From positions 1-49,185 of the IMG/VR virus record IMGVR_UViG_3300025103_000029: DNA of 49,185 nt, one strand, 5' to 3'. The position numbers and the translations under genes were made by a program. The notes under the pieces are model-generated. The model was not told the origin of the DNA. It searched no databases and saw nothing but the letters and a program-made list of their open reading frames with translations. The DNA is from a virus (lineage: Duplodnaviria; Caudoviricetes). How positions within the stretch are numbered: position 1 is the first letter of the stretch; the number at the start of each line of letters is the position of its first letter. Positions 1-9,800 of this stretch are shown piece after piece.

Positions 1-2
1 AA

Positions 3-479
3 ATCGACTTAGACGAAATCCTAAAAGAAATGGGATACGGAGAAGAAGATGAATCAGAAGAAGAAGTTTCTGAAGAAGTTGTAGAAGAAACTAATGAACT
101 TGAAGAAGTAAAATCAGAGCTTACAGAAGCAATGGATACTATCAAGGAACTTAAATCTACAATCAACGAAGTAAATTTATTGAATGCAAAATTACTTTAC
201 ACTAACAAACTATTCCGTTCTTATGACTTGAACAACGACCAGAAAATGAAAGTTGTTGAAACATTAGATAGAACTAAGAATGTTAGAGAAGTAAAACTAG
301 TATTCTCAACTCTTGCTGAATCACTAAAAATTGGTGGTACTGCAAAAAAAGTAAAACAAGCTAAAATAACTGAATCATTCGCATCTAAACCAGTTGCAAG
401 TACTGCTCCTTCTAAAGAAGTAATTACTGAAGCAACTAACACGATGGCAGAAAGATTTAAGAAATTAGCAAATATTTAA
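3..479 (+). CDS. Prohead core/scaffolding protein (gp22-like), 5'-truncated
   Basis: The frame is open from the window edge (IDLDEILKEMGY...). The product is an acidic coiled coil ending MAERFKKLANI, directly upstream of the major capsid gene as in T4-like phages. Confidence 0.75.
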   Translation: MDLDEILKEMGYGEEDESEEEVSEEVVEETNELEEVKSELTEAMDTIKELKSTINEVNLLNAKLLYTNKLFRSYDLNNDQKMKVVETLDRTKNVREVKLVFSTLAESLKIGGTAKKVKQAKITESFASKPVASTAPSKEVITEATNTMAERFKKLANI

Positions 480-507
480 TTTAACCCAAAAAAAAGGAAA
501 AATAAAA

Positions 508-2115
508 ATGGCAAATTTTGATTTATCTAAACTTATGGAAGGAAAGAACCCACAATCAGTTATGCTTGCTGAAACAAGAGAGCTTAAAGGAAAATGGGAA
601 CAAACTGGACTTTTAGAAGGTTTAGGAGAGAGAGAACAATCACAGATTTCTGTATTGTTAGAAAACCAAGCAAAACAATTGCTTGATGAAGCTACTGCTA
701 CCGGTACAGGTGGTGGAAACGAAGAGTGGAGTGGAGTAGCTCTACCATTAGTAAGACGTATCTTCGGTGAAATTGCATCGAAAGAATTCGTTAGTGTTCA
801 ACCAATGAACTTACCATCTGGTCTAATCTTTTATTTAGATTTCAAATATGGTACTGCACAACCAGGTAATCCTGCGTTTTCTGGAAAATCACTTTTTGGT
901 GGTACTGGTGACGATTTAGGTTCAACTGATTCTGCTGTAAATGGTTTATACGGTGAAGGTAGATTTGCATATACTGCAAATGACGTATCTGATTCAATCG
1001 CTGTTGGTGATTTAACTATCGCTTCAGCTTCTTGGGCAGATGTAAATTATGATGCATCATTATCAGCTTCAGTTGCTGATGGTTCATTAGCTAAGATTTC
1101 ATTTGACGCATCTGAATTAGTAAGACCTGATTTAGATGGTGTAAGAAGTTTTTACATTTCATCTTCAGATTTCGCATCTGCAGATTCTTACTACCCTGCA
1201 CACTCTAGTGTTGCTGGTGCAGTAGGTTCAGAAGTAATTTCTACATTCGCAAAATTATCATCTTTAGGTGATGATTTAGCAGTTAAACATTCACAACAAC
1301 CAATCGCTGCAAACAGAGGAGACTTCGAAGATAGTTCTCCATCTGAACCTGCAACTGATTTAGGTATTCCTGAAGTTGATTTAGAATTAAAGTCTGAAGC
1401 AATTGTTGCTAAGACTAGAAAACTAAAGGCTGTATGGACTCCTGAGTTAGCTCAAGATTTAAATGCATACCATTCAATTGATGCTGAAGCTGAATTAACT
1501 TCAATGTTATCAGAGTACATCTCATTAGAGATTGACCTTGAAATCCTTGATATGTTAAAAGCTAACGCTTTAACAACTGAATACTGGTCTGTAACTTTAG
1601 GTGAAGAGTATGATGCAAACACTAGTGGATGGGTTGCTGGAGGAAATTCTGCAGCTTATACTAAAAATTCTTGGTTCCAGACTTTAGGAGCTAAGTTGAA
1701 CAAAGTATCTAACAAGATACACCAATTAACTTTAAGAGGTGGAGCTAACTTCGTTGTTGCTTCTCCTGATGTATGTACTATTTTAGAATCTATTCCAGGA
1801 TTTACTGTATCTGCTGATAAAGATGCTTCATCTTTCGCAGCTGGTGTATCTGCTGTTGGTTCTATGAGTAATAGATATACTGTGTACAAAAACCCTTATA
1901 TGACTTCTAACGAAATCTTATTAGGATTTAAAGGTTCAAACTTCCTAGAAACAGGAGCTGTTTATGCACCTTATGTACCGTTAATTATGACTCCACTTGT
2001 ATATGACCCAACTAACTTTACACCAAGAAGAGGTGTAATGACTAGATATGCTAAGAAAATGGTAAGACCAGAATTCTATGGTAAAATCTATGTTAAAGAT
2101 TTAAACAACCTATAA
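508..2115 (+). CDS. gp23: Major capsid protein, T4 gp23 family
   Basis: gp23 motifs: LVRR..VQPM..PSGLIF, AKTRKLKAVWTPELAQDL..H..DAEAEL, YAPYVPL, F.PRRGVMTRY. Probable prohead protease site at LLDE|A. Confidence 0.97.
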   Translation: MANFDLSKLMEGKNPQSVMLAETRELKGKWEQTGLLEGLGEREQSQISVLLENQAKQLLDEATATGTGGGNEEWSGVALPLVRRIFGEIASKEFVSVQPMNLPSGLIFYLDFKYGTAQPGNPAFSGKSLFGGTGDDLGSTDSAVNGLYGEGRFAYTANDVSDSIAVGDLTIASASWADVNYDASLSASVADGSLAKISFDASELVRPDLDGVRSFYISSSDFASADSYYPAHSSVAGAVGSEVISTFAKLSSLGDDLAVKHSQQPIAANRGDFEDSSPSEPATDLGIPEVDLELKSEAIVAKTRKLKAVWTPELAQDLNAYHSIDAEAELTSMLSEYISLEIDLEILDMLKANALTTEYWSVTLGEEYDANTSGWVAGGNSAAYTKNSWFQTLGAKLNKVSNKIHQLTLRGGANFVVASPDVCTILESIPGFTVSADKDASSFAAGVSAVGSMSNRYTVYKNPYMTSNEILLGFKGSNFLETGAVYAPYVPLIMTPLVYDPTNFTPRRGVMTRYAKKMVRPEFYGKIYVKDLNNL

Positions 2116-2166
2116 TCGGTTAATTAAATTTTAGTAGTAAGTCATTACAATAGTGATGATAGAATT

Positions 2167-2197
2167 AAGAGGGAACAGAAATGTTCCCTCTTTTTTT
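2167..2197 (+). terminator. Rho-independent terminator after the capsid gene
   Basis: GAGGGAACA-GAAA-TGTTCCCTC stem-loop followed by T7. Confidence 0.9.
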
Positions 2198-2377
2198 ATG
2201 CTATAATAAGATATTTATTAGAAATTTACAAAAAAACATGATAAATATCATGTTTTAGTACTATATTTTGTTTTTTTCGTAAAATAATTGAATAAAACCT
2301 GTATTTTTTTTAAATTATAACTATATATTGACTCAACATATTAAGACAATTCGGTCTTAATTCATAAACTATATATA

Positions 2378-3160
2378 ATGAGCTACATTTCAAATGAAAC
2401 AATTACTAATTGGGAAGATAATGGATTTATCAATTTTCAATTATTTACAAAAGAAGAAGTCAATTTAATGAAAATTGAATTGATGAGATTACTAAAAGAA
2501 AGAGATAATGACCCTCTTACTTTTTTTGAACATCCTCACCTAAAATCAGATTTATTTTTAAAAATAACCAAAGATGAGAGAATTGTTTCTGCAATTGAAA
2601 AGTTGATGGGAAATGATTTAGATATAGCTGATTGTAAAATAGAAGCTACCCAAACATGGGCATATTTCAAACCACCAGGAGCTCTCGGTAGGGATGTACA
2701 TCACAATATATTTTATTCTCATGCAAATTATGGAGAAGTAATAAATGTAAGTATTGCAATAGATGATGCTGATGAAGAAAATGGATGTTTATATTGGTAT
2801 CCTGGTTCTCATAAAGATAAAATGGTATATCCTATTCCAGATTCTACTCATACTGAGTTTGAATCAAGAGATGAAAGTAGAATAAAAACTAATCCTAATG
2901 GTCAACCAAATGAAAGAGGAAAACCTTTATATGTACCTGGTACTTGGGTTGATGGACAATGGGTTGATAAATGGAATAAAATTTACGTTCCAATTAAAGC
3001 AGGTTCAGTAACACCATTAAATTCTCATGTATTACATGGTTCAGATGCAAACTTTACAACTGATAGATGGAGAAGGTCTTTTCTAATACAATATTCTAAA
3101 TTAGGAGGTATTCAGAGTGGTGGTAAACATATGAAACGAGAAACAATAAGTGTATATTAA
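2378..3160 (+). CDS. PhyH-family Fe(II)/2-oxoglutarate dioxygenase (paralog 1)
   Basis: W..NGF start, FKPPG..GRDVHHN, IAIDDADEENGCL..YPGSHK, HVLHGS.AN...RWRRS: the PhyH layout. Confidence 0.85.
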   Translation: MSYISNETITNWEDNGFINFQLFTKEEVNLMKIELMRLLKERDNDPLTFFEHPHLKSDLFLKITKDERIVSAIEKLMGNDLDIADCKIEATQTWAYFKPPGALGRDVHHNIFYSHANYGEVINVSIAIDDADEENGCLYWYPGSHKDKMVYPIPDSTHTEFESRDESRIKTNPNGQPNERGKPLYVPGTWVDGQWVDKWNKIYVPIKAGSVTPLNSHVLHGSDANFTTDRWRRSFLIQYSKLGGIQSGGKHMKRETISVY

Positions 3161-3198
3161 TGCACAATCAATTAAGGTTACAAATATTCTATTAAATT

Positions 3199-3229
3199 AA
3201 GAGGGGAACTTACTCACCCCTCTTTTTTT
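3199..3229 (+). terminator. Rho-independent terminator after the dioxygenase gene
   Basis: GAGGGG...CCCCTC stem followed by T7. Confidence 0.75.
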
Positions 3230-3257
3230 ATTTTTATACTTCCTTTTCTAATATTTT

Positions 3258-3266
3258 ATATTTATA
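3258..3266 (+). promoter_or_regulatory. Putative late promoter ATATTTATA
   Basis: The motif recurs upstream of many structural genes (see findings). Confidence 0.65.
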
Positions 3267-3299
3267 ATAGTATAATTGTAAATAAGGAGAAAGTATAAT

Positions 3300-4451
3300 A
3301 TGTCTCAAGCACGAATTTGGACAGGTTCAGCTGATTTTACATCAGGTTCCTCTACACCATTTGGTATATATGATGATGATTCATCATTTCAATTAGATGC
3401 ACCGAAGGTTGCATCGTGGTGTGCAAAAAGGCTAGGATATCCTATTATTGATATAGAACTACAAGGAGAGAACTTCTTTGCAGTATTTGAAGAATCAGTA
3501 TCGGAGTATTCTGCACAAGTAAATCAGTTTAACATAAGAAATAACCTCGGTTCATTAGAAGGACAACCAACTGGTTCTGATTATACTGGTCAATCAGTAC
3601 AAGGTTCAGAACTAAATAACGTAGTAACAATAGCAGAATCATATGGTAACTTTGCAAACGTTGGTGGTAGAACTGATATCAAAAAGGGTTCAATAGATGT
3701 AACTACTGCCTCTCAAGAATATGATTTACAGGCTCTTTATGGAGATGTATCTGAAAGTAGTGAAAGAATTGATGTAACTAAAGTATATTACGAAACAACT
3801 CCAGCAATTAACAGATTCTTTGACCCATATTCAGTTAGTGGACAAGGAACACTTAACTTAGTTGATGAATTTGGATTTGGTTCATTCTCACCAGCGGCAC
3901 AATTCGTGATGATGCCGATTTATGAGGATATGTTAAGAATTCAACAGATTGAATTTAATGACCAAATTAGAAAATCTGCACATTCATTCAATATAGTAAA
4001 TAATAAAATAACAATTTTACCAAAACCTGCATCAGATTATAAACTTTGGTTTGAATATCAAGTTGTAAAAGATAGAAGAGAAAATTCTACTGTTATAATT
4101 CCAAATGTAGTATCGGATTATTCAAACATTGGATATAGTTTTGCTACATATAGTAGAATAAACGATGTTGGTAAACAATGGGTTAGAAAATACACACTTG
4201 CTTTGGCAAAAGAGATGTTAGGTGCAATTAGAGAGAAATATTCTTCAGTACCAATTCCTGGTTCAGAAGTTTCTTTAGATGGTGCATCACTTAGAGCTGA
4301 AGCACAAACAGAAAAAGATGCTCTTATTGAACAACTAAGAGAGAATCTTAATGAAGTAAGTAAAAAACAAAGAATAGAGAACGAAGCTTCTATGGTTGAC
4401 CAACAACAAACAATCATAAACAAAGTTCCACTAGCAATTTATATAGGATAA
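3300..4451 (+). CDS. gp13: Neck/head-completion protein (gp13-like)
   Basis: RLGYPIIDIEL near the N-terminus and WVRKYTLALAKEMLG.IR.KY..VP.PG..V.LDG at the C-terminus; located downstream of the capsid gene. Confidence 0.8.
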   Translation: MSQARIWTGSADFTSGSSTPFGIYDDDSSFQLDAPKVASWCAKRLGYPIIDIELQGENFFAVFEESVSEYSAQVNQFNIRNNLGSLEGQPTGSDYTGQSVQGSELNNVVTIAESYGNFANVGGRTDIKKGSIDVTTASQEYDLQALYGDVSESSERIDVTKVYYETTPAINRFFDPYSVSGQGTLNLVDEFGFGSFSPAAQFVMMPIYEDMLRIQQIEFNDQIRKSAHSFNIVNNKITILPKPASDYKLWFEYQVVKDRRENSTVIIPNVVSDYSNIGYSFATYSRINDVGKQWVRKYTLALAKEMLGAIREKYSSVPIPGSEVSLDGASLRAEAQTEKDALIEQLRENLNEVSKKQRIENEASMVDQQQTIINKVPLAIYIG

Positions 4452-4455
4452 CGTT

Positions 4456-5019
4456 ATGCCGAAGTTTTTCAACGCTAAAGATTTAGATTTCATAAAAACT
4501 ATCTCAGAGGAGGTGGTAGATTATGTAGTAGAACAAGCAGTAACCTTGTTCAAGGTATCTGTGGGTGAAACTAAAACTAATTTATATGGTGAATCTCTTG
4601 GTAAAGTGTGGAGAGCACCTTCTACTATCATGGCGATTGTAGATAGAGAACCAATGAATGTAGTTTATGAAGGATTTGGTGCAGATAAACAACAAGCAGT
4701 TGAATTTAGGTTCAATAGAGAACGATTAAGAGAAACAACACACTCAGTTCCTAAAATTAGAGATGTAAATGGTACATTAGTACCAACAGAAGCAATTCAA
4801 AACTTAACAGTTGGTTATCCTGAGATTGGTGATGTAATATTGTTTGATGGTATCTATTATGAAATGGATAACATACGAGAAAACCAAAGAATTGGTGGAC
4901 AACCTCAAATCTATGATAAAGAAACAAATACATTCCAAAATTCTAACAATACACTTATTGGTGTTGGATTTATGGTAAGAAGAAGTCAAATTCAAATAGA
5001 TGAAAGGGTATATCACTAA
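4456..5019 (+). CDS. gp14: Neck/head-closure protein (gp14-like)
   Basis: TNLYGES and P.IGDVI.F motifs; located between the gp13-like and gp15-like genes. Confidence 0.65.
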   Translation: MPKFFNAKDLDFIKTISEEVVDYVVEQAVTLFKVSVGETKTNLYGESLGKVWRAPSTIMAIVDREPMNVVYEGFGADKQQAVEFRFNRERLRETTHSVPKIRDVNGTLVPTEAIQNLTVGYPEIGDVILFDGIYYEMDNIRENQRIGGQPQIYDKETNTFQNSNNTLIGVGFMVRRSQIQIDERVYH

Positions 5020-6179
5020 TGGCAATCGACCCTTTAAAAAATATAAAACCAAACAGAGCACTTCAATACAAAAAAGAAAGTATTGAACAAGGAAAAGGTG
5101 TAAAATTATATGATGTGGATATGGCAATTGCCGAACACATGATAGATACTGTATTACCTACTGTTGAAATCTTCCAAGAGAAACAAAAGATACCTGTTGT
5201 GTATGGAAATCCTGAAAGATGGAAATCTGTTCAAAAGGATGGGTATTTACGAGATAAAAAAGGAATATTACAAATTCCTCTCGTAATGTTTAAGAGAAAT
5301 TCTATTGAAAGAAACGATAGTTTATCAAATACAATGAATAGACACGTTTCTTACCCATCAGTATCAAGATATTCCAAAAAACATAAGTACGATAAGTTCT
5401 CAGCAATGACTTCAACACAAAAACCTGTTGAAATGTATGATGTTGTGATACCTGATTATGTTACTTTATCATATGAAGTAATAATATGGACTGATTTTAC
5501 AGAACACATGAATAAAATTGTTGAAGCCTTTCAATATGCAACTGATGAGTATTGGGGAGATAAAGGTGGATTTAAATTTAGAGTAAAAATAGATAATTTT
5601 GATAATACAACAGAAGTAAGTGAAGGTTCACAAAGAATTGTAAGAACAAACTTTACTATGGCAGTAAATGCTTATCTATTACCAGAACAATTTGATAACC
5701 AATCAACTCATAAAAAATCATTTACCCCTAAAAAGGTAGTTTGGGGATTAGAAACCGATTTAACAGGATTAGGTGATGGAAATGTAACAAATTCAACAGT
5801 AAAAAAACAATTAATAAACGAATATTCGGATATTATCGATTTTGTATCCATACGAGGTTCAAAACAAGGTTCATTTGTTGATGCAGATACAATGAAACTA
5901 ACAAATGTAGAAAAACCTAAATTACCACCCGAATTAATTGGTACATTTAATGAAGATGAGTGGTTTAGAGTTTATATCAATGGAGTATTTATTCCAAAGG
6001 CAAAATATAATTTTATTGAAGGTGATAATGATGATGAGATAGTATTTAATTTCGCAACAGGTTCACTTTCAGTAGGTGGAACATATCCTACTGATTTACA
6101 ATCAACTCAAACTGAGTTGGGATATATTTTAGAAAATACAGATGAATTTGGTGTAACTGGTAAATTTATAGAAAAATAA
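5019..6179 (+). CDS. gp15: Tail terminator/sheath stabiliser (gp15-like) with a C-terminal extension
   Basis: IPVVYGNPERW, PDYV.LSYEV.IWT....MNKIVE, RIVRTNF...VNAYL; extra C-terminal beta domain (FRVYING). Confidence 0.75.
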   Translation: MAIDPLKNIKPNRALQYKKESIEQGKGVKLYDVDMAIAEHMIDTVLPTVEIFQEKQKIPVVYGNPERWKSVQKDGYLRDKKGILQIPLVMFKRNSIERNDSLSNTMNRHVSYPSVSRYSKKHKYDKFSAMTSTQKPVEMYDVVIPDYVTLSYEVIIWTDFTEHMNKIVEAFQYATDEYWGDKGGFKFRVKIDNFDNTTEVSEGSQRIVRTNFTMAVNAYLLPEQFDNQSTHKKSFTPKKVVWGLETDLTGLGDGNVTNSTVKKQLINEYSDIIDFVSIRGSKQGSFVDADTMKLTNVEKPKLPPELIGTFNEDEWFRVYINGVFIPKAKYNFIEGDNDDEIVFNFATGSLSVGGTYPTDLQSTQTELGYILENTDEFGVTGKFIEK

Positions 6180-6180
6180 A

Positions 6181-6510
6181 ATGGCATTAAAAGATTTGGT
6201 AAAAATATTAGCTCAAGTACATGAACCCGATGAATATCAGTTGGCTGTTCACGATATGAATCATGAACATTATTGGATATGGAAATTACCAAATGGTAAG
6301 ATGAAAGATTTAGAGCTAGAAATTAGAGAAAAAAGACCCGAACACGCAAGATTTGATATATTTATAAACGGTCAATATGTTCTAGAAGATGATTATACAT
6401 TTGAACATGGTGGAAAGGATTTATTAGTTAAATTTAAAAAATCAAATTTCGGTTATTCTCTAGAAATAGATGATGATATAAAAATAGAAGGAGATATACA
6501 GGTAGGATGA
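6181..6510 (+). CDS. Small virion protein paralogous to the gp15 C-terminal domain
   Basis: FDIFINGQYV...GYSLE..D..KIEG resembles the gp15 C-terminus. Confidence 0.6.
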   Translation: MALKDLVKILAQVHEPDEYQLAVHDMNHEHYWIWKLPNGKMKDLELEIREKRPEHARFDIFINGQYVLEDDYTFEHGGKDLLVKFKKSNFGYSLEIDDDIKIEGDIQVG

Positions 6511-6875
6511 GTTCAAGGAAGAAACCAAATATTATAACTCCGTTTGATGATAGGAAACGATTTAAAAATTTAGTGCAAGAGGTTTTTAGAGATATGGAAA
6601 TATTCAGTCATGTGCCAGATTCAATATCTTTAGATGGTGTTTTGTTTACACTTACACTAAGTAATAAAAAACTTGTTTATGAAGATGTATCAGTAGATAT
6701 TATATCTGATTACGTTGATGTTTATTTACAAGGAGTAAAAAAAACAGCGGATACATATTCAGTTACAGATAATGGAACAGATATAGTAATTAGTTTTACT
6801 GAAAATATAACACTTGTCCCTGAGGATATAGTGAAGGAAGATTTTTCAGTAAAAGGAAAGATAGTGAGTAGATAA
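6507..6875 (+). CDS. Small virion protein with the same domain
   Basis: VDVYLQGVKK...Y...DIVISF...VKGK; ATGA overlap with the previous gene. Confidence 0.6.
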   Translation: MSSRKKPNIITPFDDRKRFKNLVQEVFRDMEIFSHVPDSISLDGVLFTLTLSNKKLVYEDVSVDIISDYVDVYLQGVKKTADTYSVTDNGTDIVISFTENITLVPEDIVKEDFSVKGKIVSR

Positions 6876-6877
6876 GA

Positions 6878-9800
6878 ATGGCAACATTAATTCAAAGTAA
6901 ACAGATACAAGGAATAGTAACCGCTTCGGTAATCGAGGGGGATTTTGCTGTAAGTGGTGGTTCGGTTAACTTAGGTGCTGCAAGTGGTGTAACAGGTTCA
7001 TTTAGTGGTTCATTCGTTGGTGATGGTAGTGGAATACAAGGAATAGATTATTCTCAAATAACTAATACACCGGTATTTCTACCAGGTGATAATATAACAA
7101 TCACATCCGGTAGTAATATCATTACTATAACTTCAACTGCAAGTGGTGGTGGTTCAAATGAATCTTTAAACTCATTTACTGCATCATACTATTCAGATTC
7201 TTCATCATTTGATTCAAGAATTGTAGGTATTTCTGCAAGTGGTAGTGGTGCTGATTGGAATACTAATTTACAAAATATTCCAAGTGGAATTATTAGTGGT
7301 TCTATTCAAATTCTTGGTGGAACTGATATTATTAGTAGTTCTGCTCAAATATCATCTTTAGGGTTTATAACATCATCTCATACAGATATAGCTTCATTAA
7401 ATGATTATACTGCATCAAATGATTTAAGAATAACTAATTTAGAATCAACAACTTCTTCATTAGATACACGAATAACTCAATTATCAGATAGTACTGGTTC
7501 GTATGAAACTATTGGTAGAGGAATAATAAGTTCATCAGAACAATTCCCAAGTGGATTAGTAAGTGGTTCAGAACAAATATTAGGTGGGACAGGAATACTT
7601 AGTGGTTCTCATAGTGATTTATCATCATTAAATACATACACATCATCTACTGATGAAAGATTATCAAATATAGAAGCTGCAACAGGTTCTTATTTAACAT
7701 CTGAAACAGATTCTCAAACACTTTCTATAAGTGGAGACCAATTAACAATAACAACTGGTAATACAATAACAATACCAACAGGTTCAAGTGTAGTAGCAGG
7801 AACAATTAGTGGTTCACAACAAATAAGTGATTTAGGATTCATTTCTTCATCACATACAGATATAGCTGATTTAAATACGTTTACTTCATCAATACAAACT
7901 GAAGTAGATGCATTATCAGCCGCAACATCATCGTATCTAACATCTGAAACTGATTCACAAACACTTTCTATTGATGGAGACCAATTAACAATATCAAGTG
8001 GTAATACAATAACAATACCAAGTGGTAGTAGTACAACTGATTATACTCAACTTACAAATGTTCCTAGTGGATTAGTAAGTGGTTCATCTCAAGTAGATTA
8101 TGATGTTCTAACTGGTGGTAAAGGATTACTTAGTGGTTCTCATACAGATATAAGTTCATTAAATGATTATACATCATCAACTGATGCACGATTAAGTGGT
8201 ATAGATTCAATAACTTCTTCTTTAGAACAAAGAGTTAGTGAAATTGAATCAAACACCGGTTCATATGATGATTTAACAAATATATCATCATTAAATACAT
8301 TCACATCATCAATAGATACAAGTATAAAATCTAAATTAGATTCAGATGGTGTAATTAGTGGTTCACAACAAATTACTGATTTAGGATTTATATCCTCATC
8401 ACATACTGTAATTGAATCATTAAATACGTTTACTTCTTCAATCCAAACAGAAGTAGATGTTATATCTGCTCAAACATCATCTTACCTAACAGAACTTCCT
8501 GATGGATTAGTTTCTGGTTCTGTTCTTAGAACTTTAGGTGGAACAGGTGTTTTAAGTGGTTCTAAAACTGATATAAGTTCATTAAACGTATTTACTTCTT
8601 CAATCCAAACAGAAGTAGATGGTTTAAGTTCGTTTACATCATCTTATTTAACTGAAATACCAGCTGGTACAATAAGTGGTTCATCACAATTAACATCTTC
8701 TTATGATACAAGGTATGCGTTAAGTGGTTCTAGTGGAGAAACTGATTTTGATGGAAATAGAATTGTATCACAAGAAAAACTACCAACGATGTTTTCATCA
8801 TCGTTTAATCCAGGTACAAGTGGTTCAATAGTAGATTTCTTAAACGCAGTATTTTATCCAAACTCAGACCCTGCTATAACAAGTGGTAATCAAACTATAT
8901 CTGAATATAGTTCAAGTGGTTCACCAATATTTACTTTAGAAGCAACGGATCCTGAAGGACAATCACTAACATTTGGTACAGGTTCAACATATACTGATGA
9001 TTTAGTTAGAGTTGCATCCAATGGTGTTGTAACTTTAAATGCAGTACCAACATCTGCATCATTTAATACTGATTTAGTAGGTGGTTCACATGGACATACA
9101 TTTATTGCAAAAACAACTGATACATTTAACTCATCAATTGAAAAAGATATTACAATATTTGTAACACCAAACTCAACACCTGTATTTAGAGAAACTTCTA
9201 TTAGTGGAAATGTAATTACATCGGTAACTTCAAACTTAAATGAAAGTTCTGCTGATGATACTTTACTAAAAAGAGTATTCTTTACAGATGCAAATGGAGA
9301 TTCAATAACAATACACTCATCTTCAATAGATGGAAATCATTTTGAAGTAATAAAATCAGCAACGTATGTTGATATATTACAAAATACTGGTTCTTTAAAT
9401 TATGAAGAAAAAACTACATACAATTTCAGTATATCTGCATCAGATGAACATTATGAGTTAGGACAAGATTCGGATTCAATAGTTGTTTTACCAATTACTG
9501 TAAATGTAACTGATAACTTAGTACCAACTATTTCAAACCAATCACTATCATCTATAAATGAGAATTCATCCAATGGAACAACTGTTGGAACAATATCTGC
9601 AGCGGATAATGAAGGAGATACAATAACATTTGCTAACTTTACTTTATATAAGTTAGAATTAGATAATGTAAATGTACCAAGTGGTTCGTATGGTGGTACT
9701 TCTCAATTAACAGACCCACATGAGAACCCATTCCAAATGAGTTCAAGTGGAGTAGTAACAAGAAAAGTAGGGATTTTCTTAAATTCCGATTTAATAAACG

